From positions 1 to 58,071 of the IMG/VR virus record IMGVR_UViG_3300040946_000134: 58,071 nt of DNA. One strand, written 5' to 3'. Each line of letters begins with the position of its first letter. The stretch's first letter is position 1. Source of the DNA: a virus. Lineage: Duplodnaviria > Caudoviricetes. Below the pieces are notes generated by a model that saw only the letters and a program-made list of their open reading frames with translations, had not been told where the DNA came from and searched no databases. This document shows positions 44,100-52,958 of this stretch, one piece after another. Position numbers and translations under genes: made by a program.

Positions 44100-44554
44100 G
44101 CTACCACCTCCGTCTCACATGGATGCCATACCTTGCGCTCTCGGTCTGACCATTCTTCATTGTTCAGCTTTGCCCATGGCACTAGCGGGTAATTCCCGAT
44201 GCTCATTCCTGCTGGCATTAAGCCTGTGATGCGAAACGTGTCAGGATAACCCCTTATCCGTAACCATTCCGCCTCCACTGGCACGTCCTCGGGCTTCTCC
44301 CATGGACGGGTTTCTTTAGGACGACAGGTGGGGGCGATCCGGTAAATATATTTCTCCCAATTGAGCCCCCCGTGACAAATCTGCTCCCACTTATAGCTGT
44401 TCGGGAAGCCCGTGCGTTCAGCCCGCTCGATTTGTGCTACGCCCGTGTAGCTGCCAAGGATTTCTATGGCTGCTGCGTATTCCCATGTGGCTTGATAGGA
44501 AAATACATTCACGTGGAGCAGTGCGTGCTTGTTAAGAATTTCTGAAATCGTCAT
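44096..44554 (-). CDS. Hypothetical protein
   Basis: LNWEKYIYRIAP motif common in small phage proteins. Confidence 0.55.
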   Translation of the reverse strand: MTISEILNKHALLHVNVFSYQATWEYAAAIEILGSYTGVAQIERAERTGFPNSYKWEQICHGGLNWEKYIYRIAPTCRPKETRPWEKPEDVPVEAEWLRIRGYPDTFRITGLMPAGMSIGNYPLVPWAKLNNEEWSDRERKVWHPCETEVVA

Positions 44555-44559
44555 TTGAA

Positions 44560-44967
44560 TTATGGGTTCAAGTCGTACAGGTTTCTGACCCTCTGGCTGC
44601 TGTCTGGAATCTTCCCCTGCCGAATGAGCCTGGAGCCTTGGGAGAAGCCGAACCTCCAGCAGGTGGCCGTGTTCTCTGGGGTTATGGGAAGGTTCCGCTC
44701 CGTCAGCTTCAGGATCAGCCACGCGACGTGCTCTCGGGCCACCTTCTCCGCGTAGGAGCGGAACTGCGGCTCCGCTGACAGCTCGAATGGAACCCCGCGG
44801 GCGTGCTGGTTCCAGGTTGCGCGCTTGAACTGCCAGATGGTCCGCTCCCCCTTCGCCCCGATCTTCTTCCAGTCATTCTCCGATTCCACCTGGGCAATGG
44901 CGTCCAAGAACTTGGGGACCCAGAGCGGGGTGACTCGGAAGACTATCGCTGGAGGGGTTGGGATCAT
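44560..44967 (-). CDS. Lysozyme-like/transglycosylase-fold protein
   Basis: FLDAIAQVES...GAKGERTIWQFKRATW catalytic-Glu motif. Confidence 0.7.
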   Translation of the reverse strand: MIPTPPAIVFRVTPLWVPKFLDAIAQVESENDWKKIGAKGERTIWQFKRATWNQHARGVPFELSAEPQFRSYAEKVAREHVAWLILKLTERNLPITPENTATCWRFGFSQGSRLIRQGKIPDSSQRVRNLYDLNP

Positions 44968-45057
44968 TTGTGGAAGCAGCCGGAGATGAAGCTGATCAGG
45001 ATCAGGATGAGAACCCAGTCCAGCTTGTTGTCCAGGTCGCGCAGCTTCCTTTTAATA

Positions 45058-45375
45058 TCATCGTCCATAGGTGTAGGGCCCACGCGGGCCGCGTTTCTTG
45101 TCTCCCCGGTCCTTCCGGGTCAGCTTGTAGACAGTGGCGCAGCTCCATCCAGTGGTCTCCGCGATCTGCTGAACGGTCTGCCCGGCGTGGAATAGATTCA
45201 ACACCCGGCTTTTTTGCAGGGGCGTTATGGCCGGGTGTCCGCATTCGTCCCTCTGAAGGCCCCCTCCTCCGACTTTCATGAGCCTGAGGCATCCTCTTTC
45301 GATCATTTCGAGGAAGCCGCCGATCTCGTTCCCGTTTCGGCAGGTGGACCGGCAGGAGACGTATTGCCCGCTCAT
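45058..45375 (-). CDS. HTH-domain protein
   Basis: VLNLFHAGQTVQQIAETTGWSCATVYK. Confidence 0.6.
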   Translation of the reverse strand: MSGQYVSCRSTCRNGNEIGGFLEMIERGCLRLMKVGGGGLQRDECGHPAITPLQKSRVLNLFHAGQTVQQIAETTGWSCATVYKLTRKDRGDKKRGPRGPYTYGR

Positions 45376-45989
45376 TTCAAGCCCTCCTCGTTCCAAAGGG
45401 GGATTCCGGCGTTGCAAGCGAAGTCCGCTATCGCGTCAAGCTCCGTATCTCCAGATCCGATCTCCCTTTCATTATAGCAGGCTGAGTCCGGGTTGTCCTT
45501 CTTGATGCGGCACACCCAAGCCGGTATCGCTTCCCCGGTTTCCGGAGATTCCACCCCGGGTCCACCTCCACGCACCTTCTCGGTTTCGACGTTGTGGCGC
45601 TTCATCCACTCCAAGCGCGGGGAATTGACGCTGACGCTCTCGACTGGGAAAAGTTCATCCATTGGAGCGAAGTCTCCTTTTGCGTGTTTCTCTACGTCCG
45701 TCACGTCCAGCGTGAATGGGGAGTCCTGCCGCGCAGTCCTCAGTCTGGCCAGGACCACTTGGCATGAATAGATGGAGCTATTGTGGTCCGCGAACCCGAA
45801 GGCCCTTGAAAGCTCCGGGTGGCTGGCTCCGCTCATCTTCCGGGAGACGTAGATAGCCACGTGCCGGGCCCACGCGATTCTCGGATACCGGCGCTTGCCC
45901 TCCAGCTCCGCCATGGTCACCCGCATGACGGCGCAGGCCGCTTCTTTCGCCGCCCTTATGATGGCTGCCTTTGTGTGTGTTTTCTTCAT
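45372..45989 (-). CDS. Protein with DnaA C-terminal (domain IV) HTH
   Basis: ELEGKRRYPRIAWARHVAIYVSRKMSGASHPELSRAFGFADHNSSIY. Confidence 0.8.
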   Translation of the reverse strand: MKKTHTKAAIIRAAKEAACAVMRVTMAELEGKRRYPRIAWARHVAIYVSRKMSGASHPELSRAFGFADHNSSIYSCQVVLARLRTARQDSPFTLDVTDVEKHAKGDFAPMDELFPVESVSVNSPRLEWMKRHNVETEKVRGGGPGVESPETGEAIPAWVCRIKKDNPDSACYNEREIGSGDTELDAIADFACNAGIPLWNEEGLK

Positions 45990-46471
45990 AGTCCTTCCCT
46001 TTCCTTGAACGCCAGAGCCCGTCCCACAGCCTCCCTCGCCGCAGCCCTGTTCTCCGGCTTGTTGTAGAATCAGTTCACCCCGGACGGGTGGGAGAGTATC
46101 ACGTATGTGGCCGCGCTTAGGCTACCGATTCTGAAAGGGACCCATTTCAGTCCGAAGCACCTCGTCACGTTGCGGCCCAGCAGGACGACGAGGTCGCCCG
46201 GCCTCACCCGCGCTCGCAGGCTCTTGGCCTGTTCCATTCCTTCCTGTATGTCGAAGGCGTCGCCCTTCCCCGCCTTCCCGGGAAACCGGGCGTTCATGTT
46301 CTCCCGGCGGCACATCAGGAACCGTTCGAATCTGATTCCAAGGATTTTGCAGAGCCTCCGGCCGGCGACTCCGGACAGAGGACCGAGATCCAGCGGGGGC
46401 GGAGCGCCTGGGATCTCCGTCTGTTCCGAACGCTTCGGGTGGCCCGGGGCTTGTCCGACGAATATGATCAT
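45986..46471 (-). pseudogene. Uracil-DNA-glycosylase-like gene with in-frame TGA at 46070-46072
   Basis: IFVGQAPG, VVLLGR, HPSGVN*FYNKPEN; frame continues 27 codons to a TGA overlapping the next ATG. Confidence 0.6.
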
Positions 46472-47541
46472 GGCGCGGCCTCCTTCTTCGGCATCAGCTT
46501 CTGGTCGCGGAAAACGCTGTAATCGACGTGATGCTGCCAGCGGTTCCACTTCCGCGTTATCCGGACGATGTCTGGGTGCTGGTCCCGTAGAGATTCCGCC
46601 ATCTTCAGGCGTCCGTCCCCTGCGTACAGCTCATCCGTGTTCCCACCTTTCATGGACATGGTTGGCATCTTCTTGGCCAATATCGCGTTGAATAGTGCCG
46701 TGCAAAGGCCTGATTTCAAGACTCGGATAGATAGGTCGGTGTCCTCATTGTATCGGCCGCGCCAGCGGAAGGGTAGATCGTTCCGGATCAGGATGCATGA
46801 GTACACCCGCGTGTTTAAAACGAACGGCGGCTGCTGGGCCCTGCGGTCCGCGAAGAACTCGTAATTCATCCCGGAAATGGCCAGGTTCTCGTAACGGTCC
46901 GAGAACTCCTCCACGGGCGTGAACGGGTTGAAGTCTATGACCTTAACCTTCAGGTTGTTGTTCAGGCGATAGAATCCGTCGATGTTGTCGTCCAGGATCC
47001 AATGCCTGAAGGCCCCGCGCTTCGCGGCGTCCTCCCAGACCCAATTGCGCGCCGGTATGGAGCCTTGCCCGAGATTTGAGAAAGGAAGCGTCAAAATGCT
47101 GGATGGGCCCGCCACGGTCTCGTAGGCCGCGGCTTCCTGGGGCTCCACCACTAACCAGAAGTCGATCCCGAGCTTCTGGAGCGCCCGAATGGTCAACGGA
47201 GTCTCCCAGCGGCCTTTGGAGATTATGTACACCGGATATTTGTTCCCTGGAACTTTCACCGGCGCGGCACCGCGAACGCTTTGGGATAGGTATTCCATGG
47301 GCGGGAACCAGATGGACTTGCGCCGGGCCGGATGCTCTCCGAGTAACGCCAGGAATGACTGCCTGTCCTCCTCGTTCCTGAATTGCACGTTTATCGAGTC
47401 GTATGGTTTCCGGTCCTTCTGCTCGAACTCCGGCATCCCGTCCCATTCCTTCTTCCAGTCCGGCGGGACTTCCAGAAGCGTCATCTGTCCTGGGTTATCG
47501 GGCAGGCGCGGCTCTGGTTGGGTGCGTGTTTCTTCGGTCAC
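46468..47541 (-). CDS. TAGT/GREB1-like glycosyltransferase (possible DNA base modification)
   Basis: YPVYIISKGRW, RNWVW, HWILDDNI, NTRVYSCILI, WRGRYNEDTDLS, KGGNTDELY motifs. Confidence 0.75.
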   Translation of the reverse strand: MTEETRTQPEPRLPDNPGQMTLLEVPPDWKKEWDGMPEFEQKDRKPYDSINVQFRNEEDRQSFLALLGEHPARRKSIWFPPMEYLSQSVRGAAPVKVPGNKYPVYIISKGRWETPLTIRALQKLGIDFWLVVEPQEAAAYETVAGPSSILTLPFSNLGQGSIPARNWVWEDAAKRGAFRHWILDDNIDGFYRLNNNLKVKVIDFNPFTPVEEFSDRYENLAISGMNYEFFADRRAQQPPFVLNTRVYSCILIRNDLPFRWRGRYNEDTDLSIRVLKSGLCTALFNAILAKKMPTMSMKGGNTDELYAGDGRLKMAESLRDQHPDIVRITRKWNRWQHHVDYSVFRDQKLMPKKEAAP

Positions 47542-47789
47542 GTGCGTTCCTTTACTCTCCCGCAGACCGGGTAGATGATCGTGAAGAAATTGCGCCCGGC
47601 GTGACACCTGACCACGATCTCTTTGTGTCCGCGCTGAAGCGGAAGGTCCCCAATGACCGTGATCCTCTCCTTTCCTTCATACCCCACCTTGCGCCCCGGC
47701 CTAAGCTTCGCGGTTCGGTTTCCAACAACCTTCTGTGTTTCCGCGTCCAGAAGGGTCTCGAAATAGCCGTGTTTTTCGAACTCTAGCAT
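47538..47789 (-). CDS. Hypothetical protein
   Basis: Coupled ORF. Confidence 0.5.
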   Translation of the reverse strand: MLEFEKHGYFETLLDAETQKVVGNRTAKLRPGRKVGYEGKERITVIGDLPLQRGHKEIVVRCHAGRNFFTIIYPVCGRVKERT

Positions 47790-48109
47790 GCCTTTGCCTC
47801 CAGAACGAAACCGAACTCCGCCTGCGGCTTCCGCGGGTCTTCTCTCAGAGACACCGTTCTAACGATCCGCCCTGTTATTGGGTCGCGCTTGTTTCCCGTC
47901 TTCTCCACCACGCCCCGCTCGATCAGCTCCGTGATCCTGGGTCGGACGGCGTTCATGTCCTTGAACTCCAGGGCCAGCATTATCTCCCGGTCAGTTAAGT
48001 CCCGTGCGTAGCGAAGCGACTGGAGCACCTTCAGCTCCCGCTCCCCGAAAAGCCCCTCCTGCCCTTGGTAATAGGCGAGCAGGCTATTATCTACGACGTG
48101 CTTTTTCAT
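47783..48109 (-). CDS. Winged-helix DNA-binding protein
   Basis: LTDREIMLALEFKDMNAVRPRITELIERGVV. Confidence 0.7.
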   Translation of the reverse strand: MKKHVVDNSLLAYYQGQEGLFGERELKVLQSLRYARDLTDREIMLALEFKDMNAVRPRITELIERGVVEKTGNKRDPITGRIVRTVSLREDPRKPQAEFGFVLEAKAC

Positions 48110-48115
48110 GGCGCG

Positions 48116-48994
48116 TCAGGCTATCTTCTTCCCGAGCTTATTGCACTCGTGGAGAACTGTTCCCTTACGGAATGCGATTTTATGGGGGTGTTGCCCATTG
48201 GGCCAAAGATAAAGGTCCGACACATTCACCTCGATTGCGACATACCTATCCCCGCGCAAGGATCGGAACTCATCGCAGAAGTATGGCCTGGAACACGCGT
48301 GGAATTTACCGGGTCCGCATTCATCATCCTTTGGAGACCATGCCTTATGTTCTAGGGTGGATCCCACCGCCCATAGCGTCTCATTGGTCTGGCCCTCCTG
48401 AGTCTTGAAGTCCGCACTGACCCGCTTGAACAGGATGGCCTTTTTACCGTCCACTGACACGGCCTCGTTCTCGAACCACCCCTCTAGGCCCTCCGGGGCT
48501 ACCGGCGTGATGGTCTGGCATTTCTTTCCGTGAGTCTTAACCTTGCACTTGGCTATCAGCCAAGCGACCGAGAAGGCAAAAAGCTCCAGTGAGCAGTAAG
48601 GGCTCTGGACGTGAACCCCTACGTTTCCCCGCGCCACGACGGAGGAGTTTCCCCACGCCTCGACGGAGGAGTTTTCCCGCGCCACGACGGAGGAGTTTTC
48701 CCGCGCCTCGACGGAGGAGTTTTCCCGCGCCACGACGGAGGAGTTTTCCCACGCCACGACGGAGGAGTTTCCCCACGCATCGACGGAGGAGTTTTCCCGC
48801 GCCACGACGGAGGAGTTTTCCCGCGCCACGACGGAGGAGTTTTCCCGCGCCACGACGGAGGAGTTTTCCCACGCCTTCTTAACTATGATTCGGTCGCCGG
48901 GAACGCCGCCGTAAATTTCGATCCTGGTGTACTCTTGGAATCCGTCCGGGAGGGCATCTAGCTCCGTCTGCGTTTTTATGGTAATGATGTTCAT
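48116..48994 (-). CDS. Octapeptide-repeat (beta-solenoid) phage protein
   Basis: Ten (E/G)NSSV(V/E/D)A(R/W) units plus C-terminal ECGPGKFHAC...KIAFRK domain. Confidence 0.75.
   Translation of the reverse strand: MNIITIKTQTELDALPDGFQEYTRIEIYGGVPGDRIIVKKAWENSSVVARENSSVVARENSSVVARENSSVDAWGNSSVVAWENSSVVARENSSVEARENSSVVARENSSVEAWGNSSVVARGNVGVHVQSPYCSLELFAFSVAWLIAKCKVKTHGKKCQTITPVAPEGLEGWFENEAVSVDGKKAILFKRVSADFKTQEGQTNETLWAVGSTLEHKAWSPKDDECGPGKFHACSRPYFCDEFRSLRGDRYVAIEVNVSDLYLWPNGQHPHKIAFRKGTVLHECNKLGKKIA
48623..48875. repeat. 24-bp tandem repeat, ~10 copies, coding
   Basis: GAGTTTTCCCGCGCCACGACGGAG units. Confidence 0.95.
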
Positions 48995-49034
48995 ATTTTT
49001 AGGTTTATGGGTCTGTCTATGGTCCCAAGATAGG

Positions 49035-49072
49035 ACTTTTTCTCAGGGATTGTGGAGCACTTTTTCTCAGGG
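49035..49072. repeat. 14-bp direct repeat ACTTTTTCTCAGGG x2 (24-bp period), intergenic
   Basis: 49035-49048 and 49059-49072. Confidence 0.8.
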
Positions 49073-49084
49073 TTTCTTAACTGT

Positions 49085-49525
49085 TTAACAGTTAATATCT
49101 AGAGCCCTAAGATTGTTTCGTATAGTCAGCTCTATTTCCGTGCGCTCCTCCGAGAAGTGCGCAACTCGGACCTGCTCTGTTTGGAGCCTGATGCTCCAAA
49201 GCTCGTCCCCAGGTATAAGGCCAGCGTGTCGTAGGCCGTCGATGAGATCCTTACAACTTCCGGCAAAATTATCGATGTCGAGCGGCTGGACGCGGAATCC
49301 GATAAAGCGGACAAGAGGGCGAGCATCGCCTTGCGCTTTTCCTTTTGCCAGACGGCCCAGTGTTGCCGGCGCGTGCGGTTTAGGCTTGGGGTCCGGTACT
49401 TCACGATCAGGTGTATGGTCATTGGTGTCTTTCCGGCCGTAGCCTAGCTGCTCCGCTGCCTCCTCTTGCGCCTTCCGTCCCAGCTTGGAGATTTGATCCA
49501 GCGTGAAGCGCGGAGAGCGTCCCAT
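49085..49525 (-). CDS. RusA-like Holliday junction resolvase
   Basis: DIDNFAGSCKDLIDGLRHAGLIPGD catalytic motif. Confidence 0.7.
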   Translation of the reverse strand: MGRSPRFTLDQISKLGRKAQEEAAEQLGYGRKDTNDHTPDREVPDPKPKPHAPATLGRLAKGKAQGDARPLVRFIGFRVQPLDIDNFAGSCKDLIDGLRHAGLIPGDELWSIRLQTEQVRVAHFSEERTEIELTIRNNLRALDINC

Positions 49526-49983
49526 CAGAAGTCCTCCAGGAATCCGTTTGCGCGGGCCCAGGCTTTGTTGTCTTCGATTCGTCGGTGGTTCTTCGAGCAG
49601 ACGGCGAGCCACTTGGTTTCATCGTTTAACCGCGCTCCGCGGCGCTTGTCTTTATGGTGAACCTGAGTCGAGCGCGGGGCATTGAATACGTTGACTAAGC
49701 GGTTTGTTGTAGCCAATGGGAACGTCTCTTCATCGAGCCTATAATACCATCCAGCCTCGGGCCAAGATTCTTTCCATCCATTCTCTTTTAGCCAGACCTG
49801 GCAGATTTGATGGTCCTCAAGAAATCTCTTCGCTCGCGGACCATAGATCCGAAGCTGTCCGCGCCTCTTGTCGCTCACGCGCTTCATGGGCTTATGCTTC
49901 TTTTCCGGCAGAGCCTTCTGCCCCACATGTAGGAACTCCCGGACTTGCTGGATTGGGGTGCGCTCTTTTTTCTTAGGCAGCAT
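49525..49983 (-). CDS. HNH-like protein
   Basis: ICQV...QVHHKDKRRG..LND..WLAVCSKNHRRIE. Confidence 0.65.
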   Translation of the reverse strand: MLPKKKERTPIQQVREFLHVGQKALPEKKHKPMKRVSDKRRGQLRIYGPRAKRFLEDHQICQVWLKENGWKESWPEAGWYYRLDEETFPLATTNRLVNVFNAPRSTQVHHKDKRRGARLNDETKWLAVCSKNHRRIEDNKAWARANGFLEDF

Positions 49984-50362
49984 GGTTTCCCGCGTTGAAT
50001 GCACGGGCTTTCTCCTGTTTTATGACCGCGGCTATCACGTCGTCCGTGAACCTCCGCCGGGCCGCGATGATGTGAAAGCAGCGCAGGCTGTCTTCCGGTC
50101 CGTTCTGCCACGGCTTGAACTCTTTCGGCACCAGCCCCATCTCGTAGGCCTGCTCCCCGGTCAGCCCCTTCTTCAGAAGCGGCTCCATCCGCGTGGCGCA
50201 GTCCATGCAGCTGCAAACACCGTTTCCTCCATAGGCATCTATCTCGACCGTATGCGTGAATCCTTTTCGCTTCCGGCTGGGGACTTGGTAGCGAAGGTTG
50301 CCGGCCGGCCGGGGAACCGATACCGGCGTGCTGGGCTCAGGAGGTATCCAGGGGGCGCTCAT
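49973..50362 (-). CDS. SWIM zinc-finger-like protein
   Basis: YQVPS...CSCMD...CFHIIAA. Confidence 0.6.
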   Translation of the reverse strand: MSAPWIPPEPSTPVSVPRPAGNLRYQVPSRKRKGFTHTVEIDAYGGNGVCSCMDCATRMEPLLKKGLTGEQAYEMGLVPKEFKPWQNGPEDSLRCFHIIAARRRFTDDVIAAVIKQEKARAFNAGNHAA

Positions 50363-50934
50363 GCCTTCTTCACCTCCACGTTCACCTTACCTCCGGCTAT
50401 GGACGCGCAGGCCCTCCAGATGGTGCCGATTGCCTGCACGTTCGAAAGCGCGTCCGGCTCCTTGGTTGCCACCAGCAGCTTGTAGTCCTCGTCGGTCCTG
50501 ACCCAGACCTCGATCCTGTGGTGAACCGCCCCATCCGCAGTCGGTCCGCACCTGCGGGTTTCCACCCGGAATTGGGAGACTCCAAGCGCCTCCAGCGTGT
50601 CCTCCAGGATCTTGACCAGGCCCTCCGGGTCGAAATCCGGGTTCACCTTCTTGTCCGACCACGGGCGCTTGGGGCCCTCCCTTGGGTCGTCGAACGCGAG
50701 GACGTGGACCACGCCTGCGAAGTCTCCGAACCCCCGGACTAGGTGTTGCAGCGCCCGGACGTGCCGGCCTCCGCTACCGATCAGATATGGGCCCGCCACC
50801 GACGACGGGGTTGCCGTCCACTTCACGTATTCCCCGTTGTCCCTCATCCGAAGCTCCATTGGGTCCTCTTCCAGGGACAGGAGGCGGCAGAGGGTACGCA
50901 AAACGTGCTCGGTTGCTTCTTGGGTCTCGTTCAT
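50359..50934 (-). CDS. KH-domain (KhpA-like) RNA-binding protein
   Basis: AGPYLIGSGGRHVRALQHLV GxxG loop; degenerate second KH-like half. Confidence 0.65.
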   Translation of the reverse strand: MNETQEATEHVLRTLCRLLSLEEDPMELRMRDNGEYVKWTATPSSVAGPYLIGSGGRHVRALQHLVRGFGDFAGVVHVLAFDDPREGPKRPWSDKKVNPDFDPEGLVKILEDTLEALGVSQFRVETRRCGPTADGAVHHRIEVWVRTDEDYKLLVATKEPDALSNVQAIGTIWRACASIAGGKVNVEVKKA

Positions 50935-51431
50935 CAGAATGGTACTTCCTCATCCAGCCGGATCTCCTCCAGCCTTGCCGGGTCCAGGGTGGGTGTCAAG
51001 ACGGGAGGCGGCTCGGGCGGTTCAGGAGGGCGGTCATCTATGACTTGCGCGCTAACGATTTTCTTCGGCGCTTCGGAGAATGGAGCGGTGAACCGCACCT
51101 GGGCTGGCTTTTCTTCCGGCATGGGCTGGGCCTTCCCTTTAAGCGCCTCGGCGAACTGCTCCTTCCTCTCCGGAGTCCAGTCTGCCGTCTTCCGGTCAAA
51201 CAGGCGGGCGACGGCCCCCTCCCACGCCAGCTCCACCCGGCCCCAGTCCTGTGGGTTAGCTAGGAATTTTATGGCCTCCAGGGACTCTGCATGAACGCAT
51301 CCAATTAACGAATATGTAGATTGGTCGTCACGCTTGCTGACGCTCCGGCATAGTCTCCAGAAGGGCGCTTCCAGAGAGTGAATGGAGGAGCACTCCGGGC
51401 AAGCCGGAAATATGAAGGTTGGCGTGCTCAC
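50934..51431 (-). CDS. Hypothetical protein with CxxC and acidic EEVPF tail
   Basis: Coupled ORF; SSB-like C-terminal motif. Confidence 0.5.
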   Translation of the reverse strand: MSTPTFIFPACPECSSIHSLEAPFWRLCRSVSKRDDQSTYSLIGCVHAESLEAIKFLANPQDWGRVELAWEGAVARLFDRKTADWTPERKEQFAEALKGKAQPMPEEKPAQVRFTAPFSEAPKKIVSAQVIDDRPPEPPEPPPVLTPTLDPARLEEIRLDEEVPF

Positions 51432-52030
51432 GGCTTTTTACGAAGCGCGTAATCTCCGCACCGGAGCGACACGAAACGATTTTCGTCGCGGATCATCCGC
51501 GATGCCACCCGGTTGTCTATCCGCTCGGAAACCTCCGCCGCGGTCAGGTTGGTCGTCCAGACCGTCCAACGTCCAAGCCTGCTGGCCGCTAGCCGGTAAA
51601 CCGCCTCGGCGATGAAGTCTGTTTTATCCCGGTCCGTCCCAAGGTCGTCGAAAACCAGGAGGAAATCCGGGGCATAAGACTCCGGCAGGTTATATTCCCC
51701 TTCACGCATCCTCGTTGCGAAGCGGGCCGCGTCTAGCCAGATGCAATATGGGCGTCGATCTTCATCCCTTAAAACCCCAGAAGCCCCCGGAGGAACCCAG
51801 AGAGAATGACGCCCGGGGTTGTGCTTTTTGGCCTCCTCGAATATCTGTTTTGCCAGCATCGTCTTTCCAGTCCCAGGAATCCCAGAGAATGTCAGCCAAT
51901 AAGGAGGAAGGCCCGCGGCCATACTGGAGATGAAAAATGACGCCTGTTCCGCCGCCGTCTTTATATCCGGGTGATAGGCGTCTATCGTAGGGGCCCAATG
52001 CGTATCAGAGCTTATTAACGACGTGTTCAT
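51428..52030 (-). CDS. DnaC/IstB-like ATPase (helicase loader)
   Basis: GIPGTGKT, LLVFDDLG, TVWTTNL, RVASRM motifs. Confidence 0.85.
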   Translation of the reverse strand: MNTSLISSDTHWAPTIDAYHPDIKTAAEQASFFISSMAAGLPPYWLTFSGIPGTGKTMLAKQIFEEAKKHNPGRHSLWVPPGASGVLRDEDRRPYCIWLDAARFATRMREGEYNLPESYAPDFLLVFDDLGTDRDKTDFIAEAVYRLAASRLGRWTVWTTNLTAAEVSERIDNRVASRMIRDENRFVSLRCGDYALRKKP

Positions 52031-52772
52031 AGCTCTGACTTTGCTCAAAACCCCTGCTGTTGCCTTTCCTAGTGTTTGCATTTTGGATTCGTTTCCAAGT
52101 TTCTGGATCGTCATCATAGCTTGCCCGATTGAACCAGGTTGCCGGATATGGGATGAAAGTTCTGTCCTGCGCGGGCCATCTGCTAACGGCCTCTGCATAT
52201 GCCATGGTCCTTTCGAGGAGTCTTTCGGCTGATACTGTGACCAGGGCCGTGTGTATGGCTTTCAGGGCGGAGGCTCTAGCAGTATGTCTGGGGTATGCTT
52301 CATAGATGGCGATCGGCTGTATATCTAGCTTCTGGCTTCTAGCTTCTGGCTTCTCCCCAGTTACATCATCGTTACCTAACAGTAACCCTTGCGTTTCCGG
52401 AGGCGTTTCATTTTCCGGACCCATTGGGGAGCCATGCCTTTCTCTATATCTAGCAACGCGTTTGCGCGTAAGCTCCCAATTTCTTCCCTCCCGTTTCATG
52501 CGCCGGCATACTATCGTTACGTCGTCGTTACTCTCCATCACCATGTCGCAAACCCTGGCCTTGCCTAGCTCCCGAATTATCCTTCCGGCGTCCTCTCCGG
52601 TGCAGCCCATTATCCGGGCCCACTGTTCCACGGAGCAGCTTAGTTGGCCGCGTGGCTCCGCCGAATGAAGCGCCCCCAATATCTCGATCCACCCCCCTTT
52701 AGCCACGAGCGTCAACATTTTCGTGTCTCGGCTCCAGTCATCGGGAAACCATTTAATCCAGGGCATTCTCAC
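52005..52772 (-). CDS. Phage replication initiator protein
   Basis: PWIKWFPDDWSRDT N-terminus, RKRVARYRER, YEAYPRH, FIPYPATWFN C-terminus; upstream of DnaC-like gene. Confidence 0.8.
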   Translation of the reverse strand: MRMPWIKWFPDDWSRDTKMLTLVAKGGWIEILGALHSAEPRGQLSCSVEQWARIMGCTGEDAGRIIRELGKARVCDMVMESNDDVTIVCRRMKREGRNWELTRKRVARYRERHGSPMGPENETPPETQGLLLGNDDVTGEKPEARSQKLDIQPIAIYEAYPRHTARASALKAIHTALVTVSAERLLERTMAYAEAVSRWPAQDRTFIPYPATWFNRASYDDDPETWKRIQNANTRKGNSRGFEQSQSYEHVVNKL

Positions 52773-52958
52773 TTATGTTTTCGTTGCCCGCTCCCGCGCC
52801 CGTGAAAAGGTGAGCCCCGCCCTGAAGGGCAGGCAATCCACGGCCGGGAGACGGACAACGCCTCTTTTGGAGGAATCTTATTTCAGCGAGGTTTCGCATC
52901 GGGCTCACTCCGACATGCTGAGAAAGGAATAGGCGCGGGCCTATGTAAAGACATAATT

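Noticed and set aside
48623-48875. Possible CRISPR array
   Set aside because: Contiguous tandem units with no unique spacers, in frame within a CDS; no cas genes
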